This document shows positions 1 to 12,048 of a DNA stretch of 64,000 nucleotides, in pieces. The position numbers were made by a program, and so were the translations under genes. This DNA comes from Octopus sinensis. Taxonomy: Eukaryota. Under the pieces are notes generated by a model. It was not told where the DNA came from, searched no databases, and worked only from the letters and a program-made list of their open reading frames with translations. The DNA is taken from contig NC_043000.1 in the NCBI RefSeq assembly GCF_006345805.1, forward strand, positions 42,532,001 through 42,596,000, in the 5' to 3' direction. Positions within the stretch are counted from its first letter, which is position 1; each line of letters starts with the position of its first letter.

Positions 1-1091
1 CTAATAATTTTAGTATGTTTCAATATTCACTGAGCTAAAAAGTTTCCTTGTAACATGTTTATTATTCAAAAAGCCATTGCACAAGTTCCAATCGTATCTT
101 AATTACCATATGCCATTTGTACAGTAACCCTGTGAGTAGGTGAACTCAGGAATGATGGAGTATAAGACGAGATATAATGTAAACTAAGATTGTCAATCAC
201 TCCACTCGTTCATGTTTTTTTTTTCAGACTATTCCTGTTGGCACTTAAAGCAATGAATACATTTTTCAGTGTTTATTTTATTTTATTTTACCTACTTTAT
301 GTAGCAAAACGGGGAACAATAGCTTCGTTGATTACATGTTTGCTTCCAAACAATCACAGTTTTTTTTCTGCATTTCAAACAGAGATAGTGATAACAAAAC
401 GTTTGTGACCTGATTCAGGAAAAAATGCTTTTGTAATTTTGCTGGTAAATCACTAAAAATTTCAATTTACAATCAATGTTTATATTCTTCGCTTATATAT
501 ATCATCGAATCACACACAATCTATCTATCAATGTACATATTTAGATGCTTGTAGTTTATACGCAAAGAAGTTAATAGGATAGTCCAACTTATCAGATGTT
601 CAGAATCGCATTTTATCCAGTTTCATAAATACCGCCATAAAACTACTTAGACATTTGTAAGTACTGTACTTGCTATTATAGCACACGGTTGTAAGCAAGT
701 ACAATATATTTTGGCCTTTAACGTTTCCTGTGAAGGAAATATTTTCTGGAAAAATCTAATAAACTGTCCACTGTAAAAGTCCTATGCGTCGCTCATCAGA
801 AACACTCTATGTTAAACTAAATTGTAACAGTCCTAACTATCATTATGACACAGAACGAGAAACAAAATGTGCCGAGTAGCTGTCGTGGTGGCAACTGCGT
901 CACGAATCTTAAAACAGCAAGATTATATTCTCTACAAAATTATTATAGCTTTAAAATATATTCCCTATCTTCTACATAAAATATAAATACTAAGAAACAT
1001 ATACATCTACACATACACACACAGATACACAAATATACATATACAAACACACACACACACACGCACACACACACACCACACACACACACAA

Positions 1092-1141
<50 letters not shown>

Positions 1142-1184
1142 AATAATAAATCTCTGAACGAGGTATAAATAGTAGCTGCACGAC

Positions 1185-1488
1185 AACATGAAGTAAATTT
1201 GCCACTTAAATGTGGCTAACCACCAAGGGTGGATGCTACTGTAGCTTGTACCTCCAGGAGAACAACTCCAGCTGGCTATTGGCACACTTTCTGTGCCCTA
1301 TCAGTATTTGCAAAGGGAAGCCATCGTTCCCATCGTCGACCTGACGTGATACGCACGGACCCGTTCTTCTGCGCACGACAATCACCGGTCTTTGATGCGA
1401 AGGGGTCCCAGGTCCCTTTGCAAATAATGATAGGGCACAGAAAGTGTGTCAATAGCCAGCTGGAGAAGATGGCATGCACTACTTTCTC
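1185..1488 (+). mobile_element. Non-coding interspersed element ending at an (AAT)n tract, with an internal 53-bp inverted repeat
   Basis: Arms 1266-1318 and 1413-1465 are reverse complements (51/53). The 3' end GATGGCATGCACTACTTTCTC-(AAT)n resembles the end of the 8035-8569 element. The left boundary is approximate. Confidence 0.55.
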
Positions 1489-1510
1489 AATAATGATAAT
1501 AATGATGATG

Positions 1511-1592
<82 letters not shown>
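1489..1592. repeat. (AAT)n microsatellite
   Basis: Directly visible tandem AAT run. Confidence 0.95.
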
Positions 1593-1733
1593 TAAATGGG
1601 CTCTGATGCAATACCAGGCAGTGGATCTCAGGCCTGCAGACCATAATTTATTGGAAGTGTTTTCAAGTACATGTTTTATGTTGGTGTAAATATTTTTATG
1701 TTGAGCAAATATTCTACTCAATATCACACAGAT
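1593..1733 (+). mobile_element. Diverged partial copy of the start of the 8035-8569 element
   Basis: AAATGGGCTCTGATGCAATACCAGGCAGTGG...ATTGGAAGTGTT...CAAATATTCTACTCAATA aligns with 8035-8165. Confidence 0.65.
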
Positions 1734-2473
1734 GGATGGAAAGTAAGGTTTGATTTGAACTCAGAATGCAAAGAGCTACACGAAATAACGCAAAGTATCT
1801 TCCGATGATCTAGCAATCCAATCGTTCATAGTGTCATTTCTTTACTGTGATAAAGGAGTTGCAGATTATTATAAGGCGAGAAATAGACTAATATATTTAT
1901 TTATTAGCAGTCTTATCAGCATTTTATTAATTAGTAAATAAACTTCTGTTTTTGGTGTGATAATTGATAACATTATGTAGATATACTTCAAAATTTATAT
2001 TAAAGTTTCATTATTAGAGTTAGCTAAAGTAGAAATGATTCAGTGACATATCTGGTGGATTCCAAAAAGCATAAATCAATAACATTAGGAATGCACATGA
2101 TGTCTCCGGTCAATTACCTGTATCTCATGCGTTAAACTATTAAGCATATGCTGTTCTTATTAAACCAGGCTAATATTATCATACGATTGATTATTGTCTC
2201 TGATGGCTAATTGGACAAAATATTTGATTCATTATTTTGAGCGTAAACATCATTCCTTTCAATAAGGAAGCCAGGAAGTATAAGAAATAATTTGGTAATC
2301 GATGATTTTTACATTTAGGCTCAAATACATACAAACAAAATATGCTTTGCATGAAAATGATCATTATTTTCGAAATGATTTCTAACACAATTTACCTTGT
2401 TAACTTCCGTCTCTGCACCTATAATTTTAGCGGTAAAAATTTTAGCGTTAAAAAATAAAGCACATTATATGTA

Positions 2474-2517
<44 letters not shown>

Positions 2518-2565
2518 TATATATTTATATACATACATACATATGTATATGTATGTATATATATA

Positions 2566-2607
<42 letters not shown>

Positions 2608-3236
2608 CTGTGTGTATCTGTATGTGCACACGTGTACATATTTAAAATTCCCATACATGCACACATATACATATTGCAGTTAAATATTTGGAAAAAAAAG
2701 TTTTGAATTATATATTTAAACGAATAATCTCTAAAATGAAGCATTAGGCTTGGGAAAATAGACAAAAATAAATTAGAATCAATGTAACATCTGTTTTGAT
2801 TACTGGCACCAAGATATCGTTAATTTCTTTGAACATTAAATGAGTCGGCTACGAAGCGCCAATAATACATTGCTAAATACAACTAGAACTTTAGCTTTAT
2901 TAACGTTTGTTTTTCTCTGTTTGCCTCTTATTGGAAAATAATATAAAGCAAAATAATAGAAGAAAAACAACAAAAATCGCAGTATACAAAACAACAAAAC
3001 AAAACAAAAAAACACGCGATTGTAACAAAATACAGACTTTTCAAATTACTATTTTTGTCCAAGAATACGAACTTAATAATTATTGTTAAAATTATTTTCA
3101 ATTTGCTACGATTAGTTCGCTCTGCAGTTACAAATATCAAACAATGTCGTTAATGAAATAGTCGATATATTTATCGTACTCTTCATCCACTTTATCCTCC
3201 TATCCCCACGCTTCTCTATTATTATTATTTTATTTT

Positions 3237-3290
<54 letters not shown>

Positions 3291-4106
3291 TAGTATTATT
3301 ATTATTACTACATCATCATCATCATCGTCATCATCAACATCATCATCAACAACATCATCATTGCAACACCATTATAGTATCGTCCGCTTGATTAATATTG
3401 TTGCTCTTTTCTTCTTTTTTAGTATTTGTTCTTGTTTGTATAATTTTATTAATTAATTCTGATTGTTAAAAGTTTTTCCCGATTAGATATGCTACATAGT
3501 AATTAAGATATGTAAAATGTTTTATTTACTCGGTTAATCCATTTATGTGACTCAAATGCATTGGCGAACGTTTTAGATAATTATGCAAGTGGGAGGTTTC
3601 TCAACAGAAGAATCCCCACAATGTAACATCCCAGATCTGTTTAAATATACTCCTATGTAGTATAAACATACGTACACACAAATACACACATACAAACACA
3701 CACACACGCGCATGTGTGTGTATACACATATATACACATATATACACGGTCATGCAAGTAAACATTCACGTATATATATCTTTTAATATAACAAATATTT
3801 ATTGCAAGTAGCTTATTTATACACAGCCCGCCAACTTTTGGACACGACTAGTATTGTTCTTTATCAGTTTGACTGAATTTCTCTCTGGTATTCGGTTTGG
3901 TTAGCTGCCACTGATGAACCACGATACGAGGAAACGACGTGATACGGTTGTGCCATCCATGGTGTACTGAAAGGATTTTTTTAACCGATAAAAATTTCGA
4001 ATCTCTTTAGCATTTGACATCTACATAGGATGTTTACAGAAGTCGAAGGCTTTATAAACATGCCCTAGTTAGTCTGGATGTGCTAATATATATGTATATA
4101 TATATA

Positions 4107-4150
<44 letters not shown>

Positions 4151-5029
4151 TATATATATAATATATATATATATATACATAAATATGTATATGATAAAAT
4201 GAACCATGCATTTTTGTAAGTATGAGGTATTTTCTTTGTGTTGGACATATTGTAATTCAAATATGATGTATGAAATATTGTTTTAAACGCTGCAACAATC
4301 GATCCACTTCTTACCCTCGCTCTCTCTCGAAAGTATTGTTTTACAAAGTTGTATAATGGTATTTAAATTTTTCATAAAAGAAAACAAAATTGAAAATTTT
4401 CAGCTTTTCTATCTTACTAATTTAAAATGTTTTTTCTTAGTTTTAATCGTCACTTAAAAAAGAAAAGATTAAAATTGTACATAAATAAAATAGAATACAG
4501 AGTGCTTTGTAATTGTTCTTTCACAGAAGCATATAAAATTTACGAAGTTTTGTTTGTACGAGATGTATCAATGCTTAAAACAAATGTTGGGTTTACATAG
4601 TCATCATTATAACTCGGGTAGCTAAATTCTAATGTATTTCTTTGTTTTCATGTGTTTCTTTGAGCTTTGTAGTAATAACTAAGATTGGTTATCTTCACAC
4701 AGTCGGTGAGAGATTCAATTTTGATAGATATGCTTTGATAAAAATAGAGAGAATATTTGAAAAAATCCCATGATAATGAAAGTATTTCAACCGCTAGTCT
4801 CCATGAAGCAAGCAAAACATGTTCTGAGTGTACACGCGACTGATGAAAAAAAATCATTACTTCTCTGCTGAGCATAAATCCGTTATTATTATGTAAATAT
4901 CCATGAACTTTTTGAAAACAGAAGACTGGTTGGTCAAGGAAAATTCTATACGCATACATGATTGATTTGGCCGGGAAAGTAGGCATGACTTAGAGGAGAG
5001 AGAAAACATATCAGAGAATGACAAATCAA

Positions 5030-5200
5030 CCACACTCTGGAATATCAGAATCTACATAATCAGAGCGAGATGAAGATCATCGACCAGATATTGTTGCCAG
5101 TTGCAAGGAAGAAATCATTTGCTTCCTTATCAAAGTATCAGTTTCAATGGGCAAATATCTGTCAAATAAATGGAAACAATTATACAAATATAAAGATATA
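5030..5200 (+). mobile_element. Highly decayed restriction-like endonuclease (RLE) fragment of an R4/Dong-type non-LTR retrotransposon
   Basis: Manual translation gives TLWNI...RPDIVASCKEEIICFLIKVSVSMGKYLSNKWKQLYKYKD, matching the RPD...D.S.P....K..KYKD pattern of the copy at 18.8-19.1 kb. Confidence 0.55.
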
Positions 5201-5407
5201 TGGGAATTGAGAAAACTCAGCGCCCCGGGATTGAAGAAAAACTACTCTTATAATGATAAAATGATAACAACAAAAGCAACAATAAATAATGATAATAATA
5301 ATTCATGACAACTGACGTAACACATAACGAAGATAAATGCACAATACGAGTGCGATGCAATTTGTAATAAAAAGAGATTGACTGTTTATTGAATTGGACA
5401 ATATTTT

Positions 5408-6021
5408 GACAGTATGTCTGTCTATTTCAGGTTCGAAATGAAAAATGAAAAATACACAGAAACAGAGTCAAAATTTGAACTGAAATATCCTATGTTTTTT
5501 TTTTAGTCAAATGACATCATCAGTTTTTGCGTCCGTTTTACTGGTAACAAGGAAAAAGAAACAACACAGTAGGAAGAAAAGAGAAACAGAAAAGAGGCAA
5601 TTAGTGAAGAAGTTTATGTCATATGCGATGAAATTCTTCTGTTTTGAAGATTTCTCTAGGGCATGACGCTAATAATTCACAAAGATATTTATCCTGATGC
5701 ATTTTGACGCATGGTGCTTTCAATCCTCAAAACACGAGGATAAATATATTTATGACTTACTAAAGTCAACATCCGGAGGAATGAAGAAAATAATAGGACA
5801 AGTTCATCATATTCACACCAAATATTTTGGTTAAGTGTTCTCTTTCATGTTTCCTTTATTCTTCTTTCGATTTTGTTTACTTTTTCCTTCTTGCAAAGTT
5901 ATGATAAAGCGAAAAGTGATCACATCGTTTCGTCGAAAACAGAAGGCTCAAACTTTTAATTTCTGTATTTCTGCGTATTTTATTATTCCATTATCAGCCT
6001 GAAGAAGATAGACACACTGTC
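5408..6021. repeat. Degenerate ~610-bp palindrome (arms ~300 bp, loop ~5710-5724) with HHR-like remnants at both outer ends
   Basis: The arms align by eye throughout, e.g. GACAGTATGTCTGTCT/AGATAGACACACTGTC, AAGGAAAAAG/CTTTTTCCTT and ATATTTATCCT/AGGATAAATAT. Confidence 0.75.
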
Positions 6022-6067
6022 GTTGAACTCTTCAGTTCCAAAACAACATAGATCTCTATTACTATAA

Positions 6068-7208
6068 GAATTTTTTGAAAATTTTCATCAACATCTTTTT
6101 AAAGTTTTTTGAAAATTTTCATCAAAGTTTTTGAAAAGGTTTTTGAAAATTTTCATCAAATGTTTGGAAAGTTTTTTGAAAATTTTCATCAAAGCTTTTG
6201 AACAGTTTTTTGTAAATTTTCATCTAAACTTTTCAAAAGTTTTCTCAAAATTTTCATCAAAGTTTTTTGAAAATTTTCATCAAACCTTTTGAATAATTTC
6301 CTCAAAATTTTTGAACATTTTTGAAAAGTTTTTTGAAAATCTTCATCAAAATTTTTGAAAGGTTTTTGAAAGTTTTCATCAAAATTTTGAGTTTCTTGAA
6401 AACTTTGATCCAAAGTTTGGAAAGTTTTTTGAAAATTTTGATTAAAAGTTTTGAAAATTTTGATTAAAAGTTTTGAAAATTTTCATCAAAATTTCTGAAA
6501 CCTTTTCTGAAACCTTTTCTGAAAATTTTCATCAAAATTGAAAAAATTTTGAAAATTTTCATCAAAATTAAAAAAATTTTGAAAATTTTTGAAAAGTTTT
6601 TTGAAAAGTTTCATCAAAATTTTGTAAACTTTTTTGAAAAGTTTCATCAAAATTTTGTAAACTTTTTTGATTTGACAAGTTTTTTGAAAATTTTGATTAA
6701 AACTTTTAAAAAGTCTTTTGAAAATTTTCAACAAAACTTTTGAACAATTTCCTCAAAATGTTCATCAAAATTTTGGAAAGTTTTTTGAAAGTTTTCATCA
6801 AAATTTCTGAAAATTTTTTTGAAAATTTTTCACTAAATTTTCAAAATTTTGGAAAGTTTTTTGAAAATTTACATTAAAGTTTTTGAAAAGTTTGTTGAAA
6901 ATTTTCATCAAAATTTTTAAAAGTTTTTTCGAAAATTTTGGTCAAAATTTCTGAAAATTTTCATCAAAAAGTCTTTTGAAAATCTTTGTAAAATTTCTGA
7001 AATTTTCTTTGAAAATTTTGACCAAAATTTTTGAAAATTTTATTGAAAATTTTGATCAAATTTTTGAAAAGTCTTTTGAAATTTTCATCAAAATTTTTGA
7101 AACCTTTTTTTAAAAATTACATCAAAATTTCTGAAAATGCTCAAAAATTTTTGAGGAAAAGTTTCAAAAAATCTTTCAAAAATCTTTGGGAAAATCTTTT
7201 TAAATTTT
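6068..7208. repeat. AT-rich minisatellite with a ~33-bp period built from ~11-bp subunits (TTTTTGAAAAT/TTTCATCAAAA/TTTTTGAAAAG)
   Basis: TTTTGAAAATTTTCATCAAA recurs at roughly 33-34 bp spacing. Confidence 0.9.
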
Positions 7209-7217
7209 GATGTCGAC

Positions 7218-7352
7218 TACTTATTTCATCGACCCCAAAACGATGTAAGGCAAGTTGCCCTCGGCGGAATTTGAACTCAAAACGTAAAGACCGACGAAAC
7301 ACCGCTATGCATTTCGTCCACCGTGCTAACAATTTTGCCAGCTCGCCGCCTT
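7218..7352 (-). mobile_element. tRNA-derived SINE (family A), 3'-truncated
   Basis: The reverse complement starts AAGGCGGCGAGCTGGCA (A-box region) and contains the B-box GAGTTCAAATTCC. It matches the full copy at 54218-54450. Confidence 0.85.
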
Positions 7353-7410
7353 AATAATAACAACCATAAATTATAACAACAAAAACAGCAACAACAACAA
7401 TAACAATAAT

Positions 7411-7941
7411 ACACGAACACAGACGTGGCATCAGCAAACCCCAGAAGGTGTCACCGAGAATGAGAATATTAAAATCCTGTAGGATACAATAGGTCAGTGC
7501 GATCACCTGGCCAGACATCAAAAACCGGACAAAAAACCGGACAATGTTGTGGTGAATAAAAAAGAGAGATCATGCATGATAATTGACATAGCATAACCCG
7601 GTGACAACAGGATCAATGTCAAAGAAGAAGAAAAAGTAAATAACTATAACGACTTGAAGTGGGAAATACGAAGGTTGTGGTCAATGAGGAGAGTAGAAGC
7701 GATACCAATAGTAATTGGCGCACTTGGAAGTACCAGCACTCTGCTACCAACATAGCTGAAAAAATCATTGGTGCAAAGTGGAGGTAGAACACTTTCAAAA
7801 TCAGCATTGCTTGGAACTGCAAGAATTCTTCGCATGGTTGTTGAAGCATAACGAGTAAACAAGTATCACCTTACTCTCCTGGCTGTGGACTGCTGAAACT
7901 TTCCATCGTACCCAGAAAAATAAGCTGTGAGTATTCATCAC
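7411..7941 (+). mobile_element. 3' fragment of an R4/Dong-type non-LTR retrotransposon (family 3): decayed RLE domain plus 3' UTR, flanked by (AAC/AAT)n
   Basis: Translates as W.QQTPEGVTENENIKIL*D...KPD...MIIDIA*PGDNRINVKEEEKVNNYNDLKWEIRRLWSMRRVEAIPIVIGALG...KSALLGTARILR, with in-frame stops. Confidence 0.85.
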
Positions 7942-8034
7942 ATAATAATAATAATAACAATAATAATAATGATAATAATAATAATAATAACAACAACAAC
8001 AACAACAACAACAATAATAATAATAATAATAAAT

Positions 8035-8569
8035 AAATGCCCTGACGCAGTACCAGGCAGGGCTCTCATGGCTTCTGATCTTAACTGATTGGAAGTGTTA
8101 TCATGTACGTTGTTTTGTCTTGGTATAAAAGATGGGCTACAACAAATATTCTGCTCAATACCACAGATTTGCTTGTCAGTTGTTTGACGTTAACCAGTTG
8201 AGCATGTCCCTTAGTGACTGACGATATGTGCATCTCTGATCACGAGCAGAAGTAGTGGGGGAGCATCATAGCCATGTGTTGAGAGGTATCCTTTGGAAAC
8301 ATGGGTGGTTCTTTCAACATCCTTAAACAACCCTTATTCAGGGAACTTTTGAACGGGATGGGCTACTCAACCTGAAGAAAATTCTAACTGGGCCCCACCT
8401 GCAAGGTCATGTACTGTTTATCTTGATGTGAGATCACCATGTCGCGCACATATGGTTGTGATGCATATGCCTGGTGTACCCTTATCAGACGGGTAGTCAT
8501 GATGGGTATATTGAGCTTCGTATATTTTACCCCAGTGTCACTTTGATGGCATGAATTGCTCTCTCACTC
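8035..8569 (+). mobile_element. ~535-bp non-coding element inserted in (AAT)n; probably a LINE 3' UTR or a non-autonomous Dong-mobilised element
   Basis: Sharply bounded by (AAT)n on both sides. Homologous segments occur at 1593-1733 (+) and ~42570-42727 (-). Confidence 0.65.
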
Positions 8570-8678
<109 letters not shown>

Positions 8679-8692
8679 TGAATAATAATAAT

Positions 8693-8849
8693 AAAAATTG
8701 CACTACTAGGCAATGCACACATCCTACGCAGAACACTTTCCATACAATAACCATCAGAGCATCACAACAAATCACAGCACATACCCAAGGCACACAGAGC
8801 TGCGCTCGGTAGTGAAGTGAAAGCATGCTATAAAAAATAAAACTACTGA
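8693..8849 (+). mobile_element. Extreme 3' end of R4/Dong family 1 element
   Basis: Near-identical to the reverse complement of 18670-18825 (IALLG.AHILRRTLSIQ*, then a 3' UTR ending AAAACTACTG-(AAT)n). Confidence 0.9.
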
Positions 8850-9309
8850 ATAATAATAATAATAATATAATAATAACAATAATAATAATAATGATGGTGG
8901 TAGTCGTGATGACGATGATGATTTCTATTGACAACAATTGCCCAAGACACTGGGGACACTATTGGAAGTCGAAATTCAACACACAAAACATGGGTTTCAA
9001 ATTGAGCAAAAGGAAATCAACAAAATAGATTAGTGAGGGATATTACTAAATTATATTCTTGACTTCTCTATAAAACTGTAAAAAAAGTAAAACGAAAAAG
9101 GAGAAAAATTCTGGTAGACGCAAACTGAAAGAGGACCATCGTATATCTGTCTGTCTATGTATTTATGTATGTATATGTGTATGCATGTATGTATTTATGT
9201 ATGTATTTATGTATGTATCTATCTATCTGTCGATCTTTATAAAATGTATTATATATGCGTGTGTCTGTGCGTGCGTGCGAATGTGAGTGTGGGTGTGTCT
9301 TTATGTTTG

Positions 9310-9496
9310 TGTTTGACAGCTTATGTTGGTGTATTTATGTCCCGTAACTTAGTAATTCAGTATGAGAAACTGACGTAATGTCTATCAGGCTTAAAATAAA
9401 AGCAAGTACTGAGATCGATTGGTTCGACTAAGACACTTCTAGGCGGTGGCCCAGCATGCCTACAGTCTCATGAGTGAAAGACGTAATAGTAAAAAG
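9310..9496 (+). mobile_element. 3' part of SINE family B (degenerate)
   Basis: GTCCCGTAACTTAG...TTCGACTAA...GGCGGTGGCCCAGCATG matches the copy at 54815-54960 and, more weakly, 21765-21945. Confidence 0.6.
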
Positions 9497-9803
9497 ATAT
9501 ATATATATATATATATAATTTCAACAATTGAGGGTAAAATTAATTAATTAATTAATCAATTTCACCAAGTATTCAGTATGCAAAGGGACCATTTAAGGCA
9601 AATTCAAATTATTACATTATATAAAAGGGCTTAGTAAAATAGATTACTTTGCCGCATACTGAACTCGTTAGAAATAGCAGCTAAAAAAACTTTTTATAAA
9701 ACTATTTCTAACACTTAAAGAAAACCTCTCTCATATAGTGTTTGCTCAATTCAACCCAAGAAAGTATGAGGGTAGAGACATTAAAAAATCAAATGCAAAG
9801 GTT

Positions 9804-9863
9804 ATTTGAGTACGTACGTTTCAAGATTAGTCAAAATCGACCCTTCTCTCATCAGCTCAGAAT
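9804..9863 (-). ncRNA. Type I hammerhead ribozyme, unit 1
   Basis: AUU(C)UGAG-CUGAUGA-GAGAaggGUCGauuuUGACuaaUCUU-GAAA-CguacG-UA^CUCAAAU. The core is complete, stems I and II form, and stem III is palindromic (ACGUACGU). Confidence 0.85.
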
Positions 9864-10367
9864 GCCCTTGTTTGAATTTGAAAACACTGAAAATGGGAGC
9901 ATACCCTTTCGGCTTGTTATCGCTTCTGAAGATCTGCTCCAAACTAACAGTGCTAACAAACTCAAATATGCAAGAGAAAAATTTCTGCTCTTCCCTTTCC
10001 ACCAGCGTGGGTTAAAATCAGCAAACACTATGCTTTTTTCGGTAAAATCCGAGACAATTAAGTAGAGAGAGATGAATTATAATTTCAACAATTGAGGGTA
10101 AAATTAATTAATTAATTAATCAATTTCACCAAGTATTCAGTATGCAAAGGGACCATTTAAGGCAAATTCAAATTATTACATTATATAAAAGGGCTTAGTA
10201 AAATAGATTACTTTGCCGCATACTGAACTCGTTAGAAATAGCAGCTAAAAAAACTTTTTATAAAACTATTTCTAACACTTAAAGAAAACCTCTCTCATAT
10301 AGTGTTTGCTCAATTCAACCCAAGAAAGTATGAGGGTAGAGACATTAAAAAATCAAATGCAAAGGTT

Positions 10368-10427
10368 ATTTGAGTACGTACGTTTCAAGATTAGTCAAAA
10401 TCGACCCTTCTCTCATCAGCTCAGAAT
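10368..10427 (-). ncRNA. Type I hammerhead ribozyme, unit 2
   Basis: Identical to 9804-9863. Confidence 0.85.
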
Positions 10428-10929
10428 GCCTTGTTTGAATTTGAAAACACTGAAAATGGGAGCATACCCTTTCGGCTTGTTATCGCTTCTGAAGATCTGC
10501 TCCAAACTAACAGTGCTAACAAACTCAAATATGCAAGAGAAAAATTTCTGCTCTCCCCTTTCCACCAGCGTGGGTTAAAATCAGCAAACACTATGCTTTT
10601 TTCGGTAAAATCCGAGACAATTAAGTAGAGAGAGATGAATTATAATTTCAACAATTGAGGGTAAAATTAATTAATTAATTATCAATTTCACCAAGTATTC
10701 AGTATGCAAAGGGACCATTTAAGGCAAATTCAAATTATTACATTATATAAAAGGGCTTAGTAAAATAGATTACTTTGCCGCATACTGAACTCGTTAGAAA
10801 TAGCAGCTAAAAAAACTTTTTATAAAACTATTTCTAACACTTAAAGAAAACCTCTCTCATATAGTGTTTGCTCAATTCAACCCAAGAAAGTATGAGGGTA
10901 GAGACATTAAAAAATCAAATGCAAAGGTT

Positions 10930-10989
10930 ATTTGAGTACGTACGTTTCAAGATTAGTCAAAATCGACCCTTCTCTCATCAGCTCAGAAT
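10930..10989 (-). ncRNA. Type I hammerhead ribozyme, unit 3
   Basis: Identical to 9804-9863. Confidence 0.85.
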
Positions 10990-11492
10990 GCCCTTGTTTG
11001 AATTTGAAAACACTGAAAATGGGAGCATACCCTTTCGGCTTGTTATCGCTTCTGAAGATCTGCTCCAAACTAACAGTGCTAACAAACTCAAATATGCAAG
11101 AGAAAAATTTCTGCTCTCCCCTTTCCACCAGCGTGGGTTAAAATCAGCAAACACTATGCTTTTTTCGGTAAAATCCGAGACAATTAAGTAGAGAGAGATG
11201 AATTATAATTTCAACAATTGAGGGTAAAATTAATTAATTAATTAATCATTTCACCAAGTATTCAGTATGCAAAGGGACCATTTAAGGCAAATTCAAATTA
11301 TTACATTATATAAAAGGGCTTAGTAAAATAGATTACTTTGCCGCATACTGAACTCGTTAGAAATAGCAGCTAAAAAAACTTTTTATAAAACTATTTCTAA
11401 CACTTAAAGAAAACCTCTCTCATATAGTGTTTGCTCAATTCAACCCAAGAAAGTATGAGGGTAGAGACATTAAAAAATCAAATGCAAAGGTT

Positions 11493-11552
11493 ATTTGAGT
11501 ACGTACGTTTCAAGATTAGTCAAAATCGACCCTTCTCTCATCAGCTCAGAAT
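11493..11552 (-). ncRNA. Type I hammerhead ribozyme, unit 4
   Basis: Identical to 9804-9863. Confidence 0.85.
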
Positions 11553-11988
11553 GCCCTTGTTTGAATTTGAAAACACTGAAAATGGGAGCATACCCTTTCG
11601 GCTTGTTATCGCTTCTGAAGATCTGCTCCAAACTAACAGTGCTAACAAACTCAAATATGCAGAGAAAAATTTCTGCTCTCCCCTTTCCACCAGCGTGGGT
11701 TAAAATCAGCAAACACTATGCTTTTTTCGGTAAAATCCGAGACAATTAAGTAGAGAGAGATGAATTATAATTTCAACAATTGAGGGTAAAATTAATTAAT
11801 TAATTAATCAATTTCACCAAGTATTCAGTATGCAAAGGGACCCACGCTGGTGGAAAGGGGAGAGCAGAAATTTTTCTCTTGCATATTTGAGTTTGTTAGC
11901 ACTGTTAGTTTGGAGCAGATCTTCAGAAGCGATAACAAGCCGAAAGGGTATGCTCCCATTTTCAGTGTTTTCAAATTCAAACAAGGGC

Positions 11989-12048
11989 ATTCTGAGCTGA
12001 TGAGAGAAGGGTCGATTTTGACTAATCTTGAAACGTACGTACTCAAAT
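11989..12048 (+). ncRNA. Type I hammerhead ribozyme in the inverted copy (predicted cleavage after A12041)
   Basis: CTGATGA at 11997-12003, stem II at 12004-12029, GAAA at 12030-12033, cleavage triplet GTA at 12039-12041. Confidence 0.85.

Noticed and set aside
712-806. Minus-strand CTGATGA...GAAACGTTA as an HHR
   Set aside because: No convincing stem II over the ~65-nt spacer, and stem I is only ~3 bp.
3906-3945. CTGATGAACC...GGAAACGAC as an HHR
   Set aside because: No stem I complement and no UH cleavage site.
6189-6743. FQK/DENF-repeat ORFs
   Set aside because: These are translations of the AT-rich satellite.
9742-10065. 107-aa ORF (and overlapping 66-69-aa ORFs) repeated in each 564-bp unit
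   Set aside because: It starts at TTG, has no recognisable domain and is frameshifted in units 2 and 4. It recurs only because the DNA repeats. Stop codons are visible in the unit, so I found no support for an endless circular ORF.
9514-11842. CRISPR array or plain satellite interpretation
   Set aside because: The units are identical over their whole length with no spacers. The HHR and inversion geometry argue against a simple satellite.
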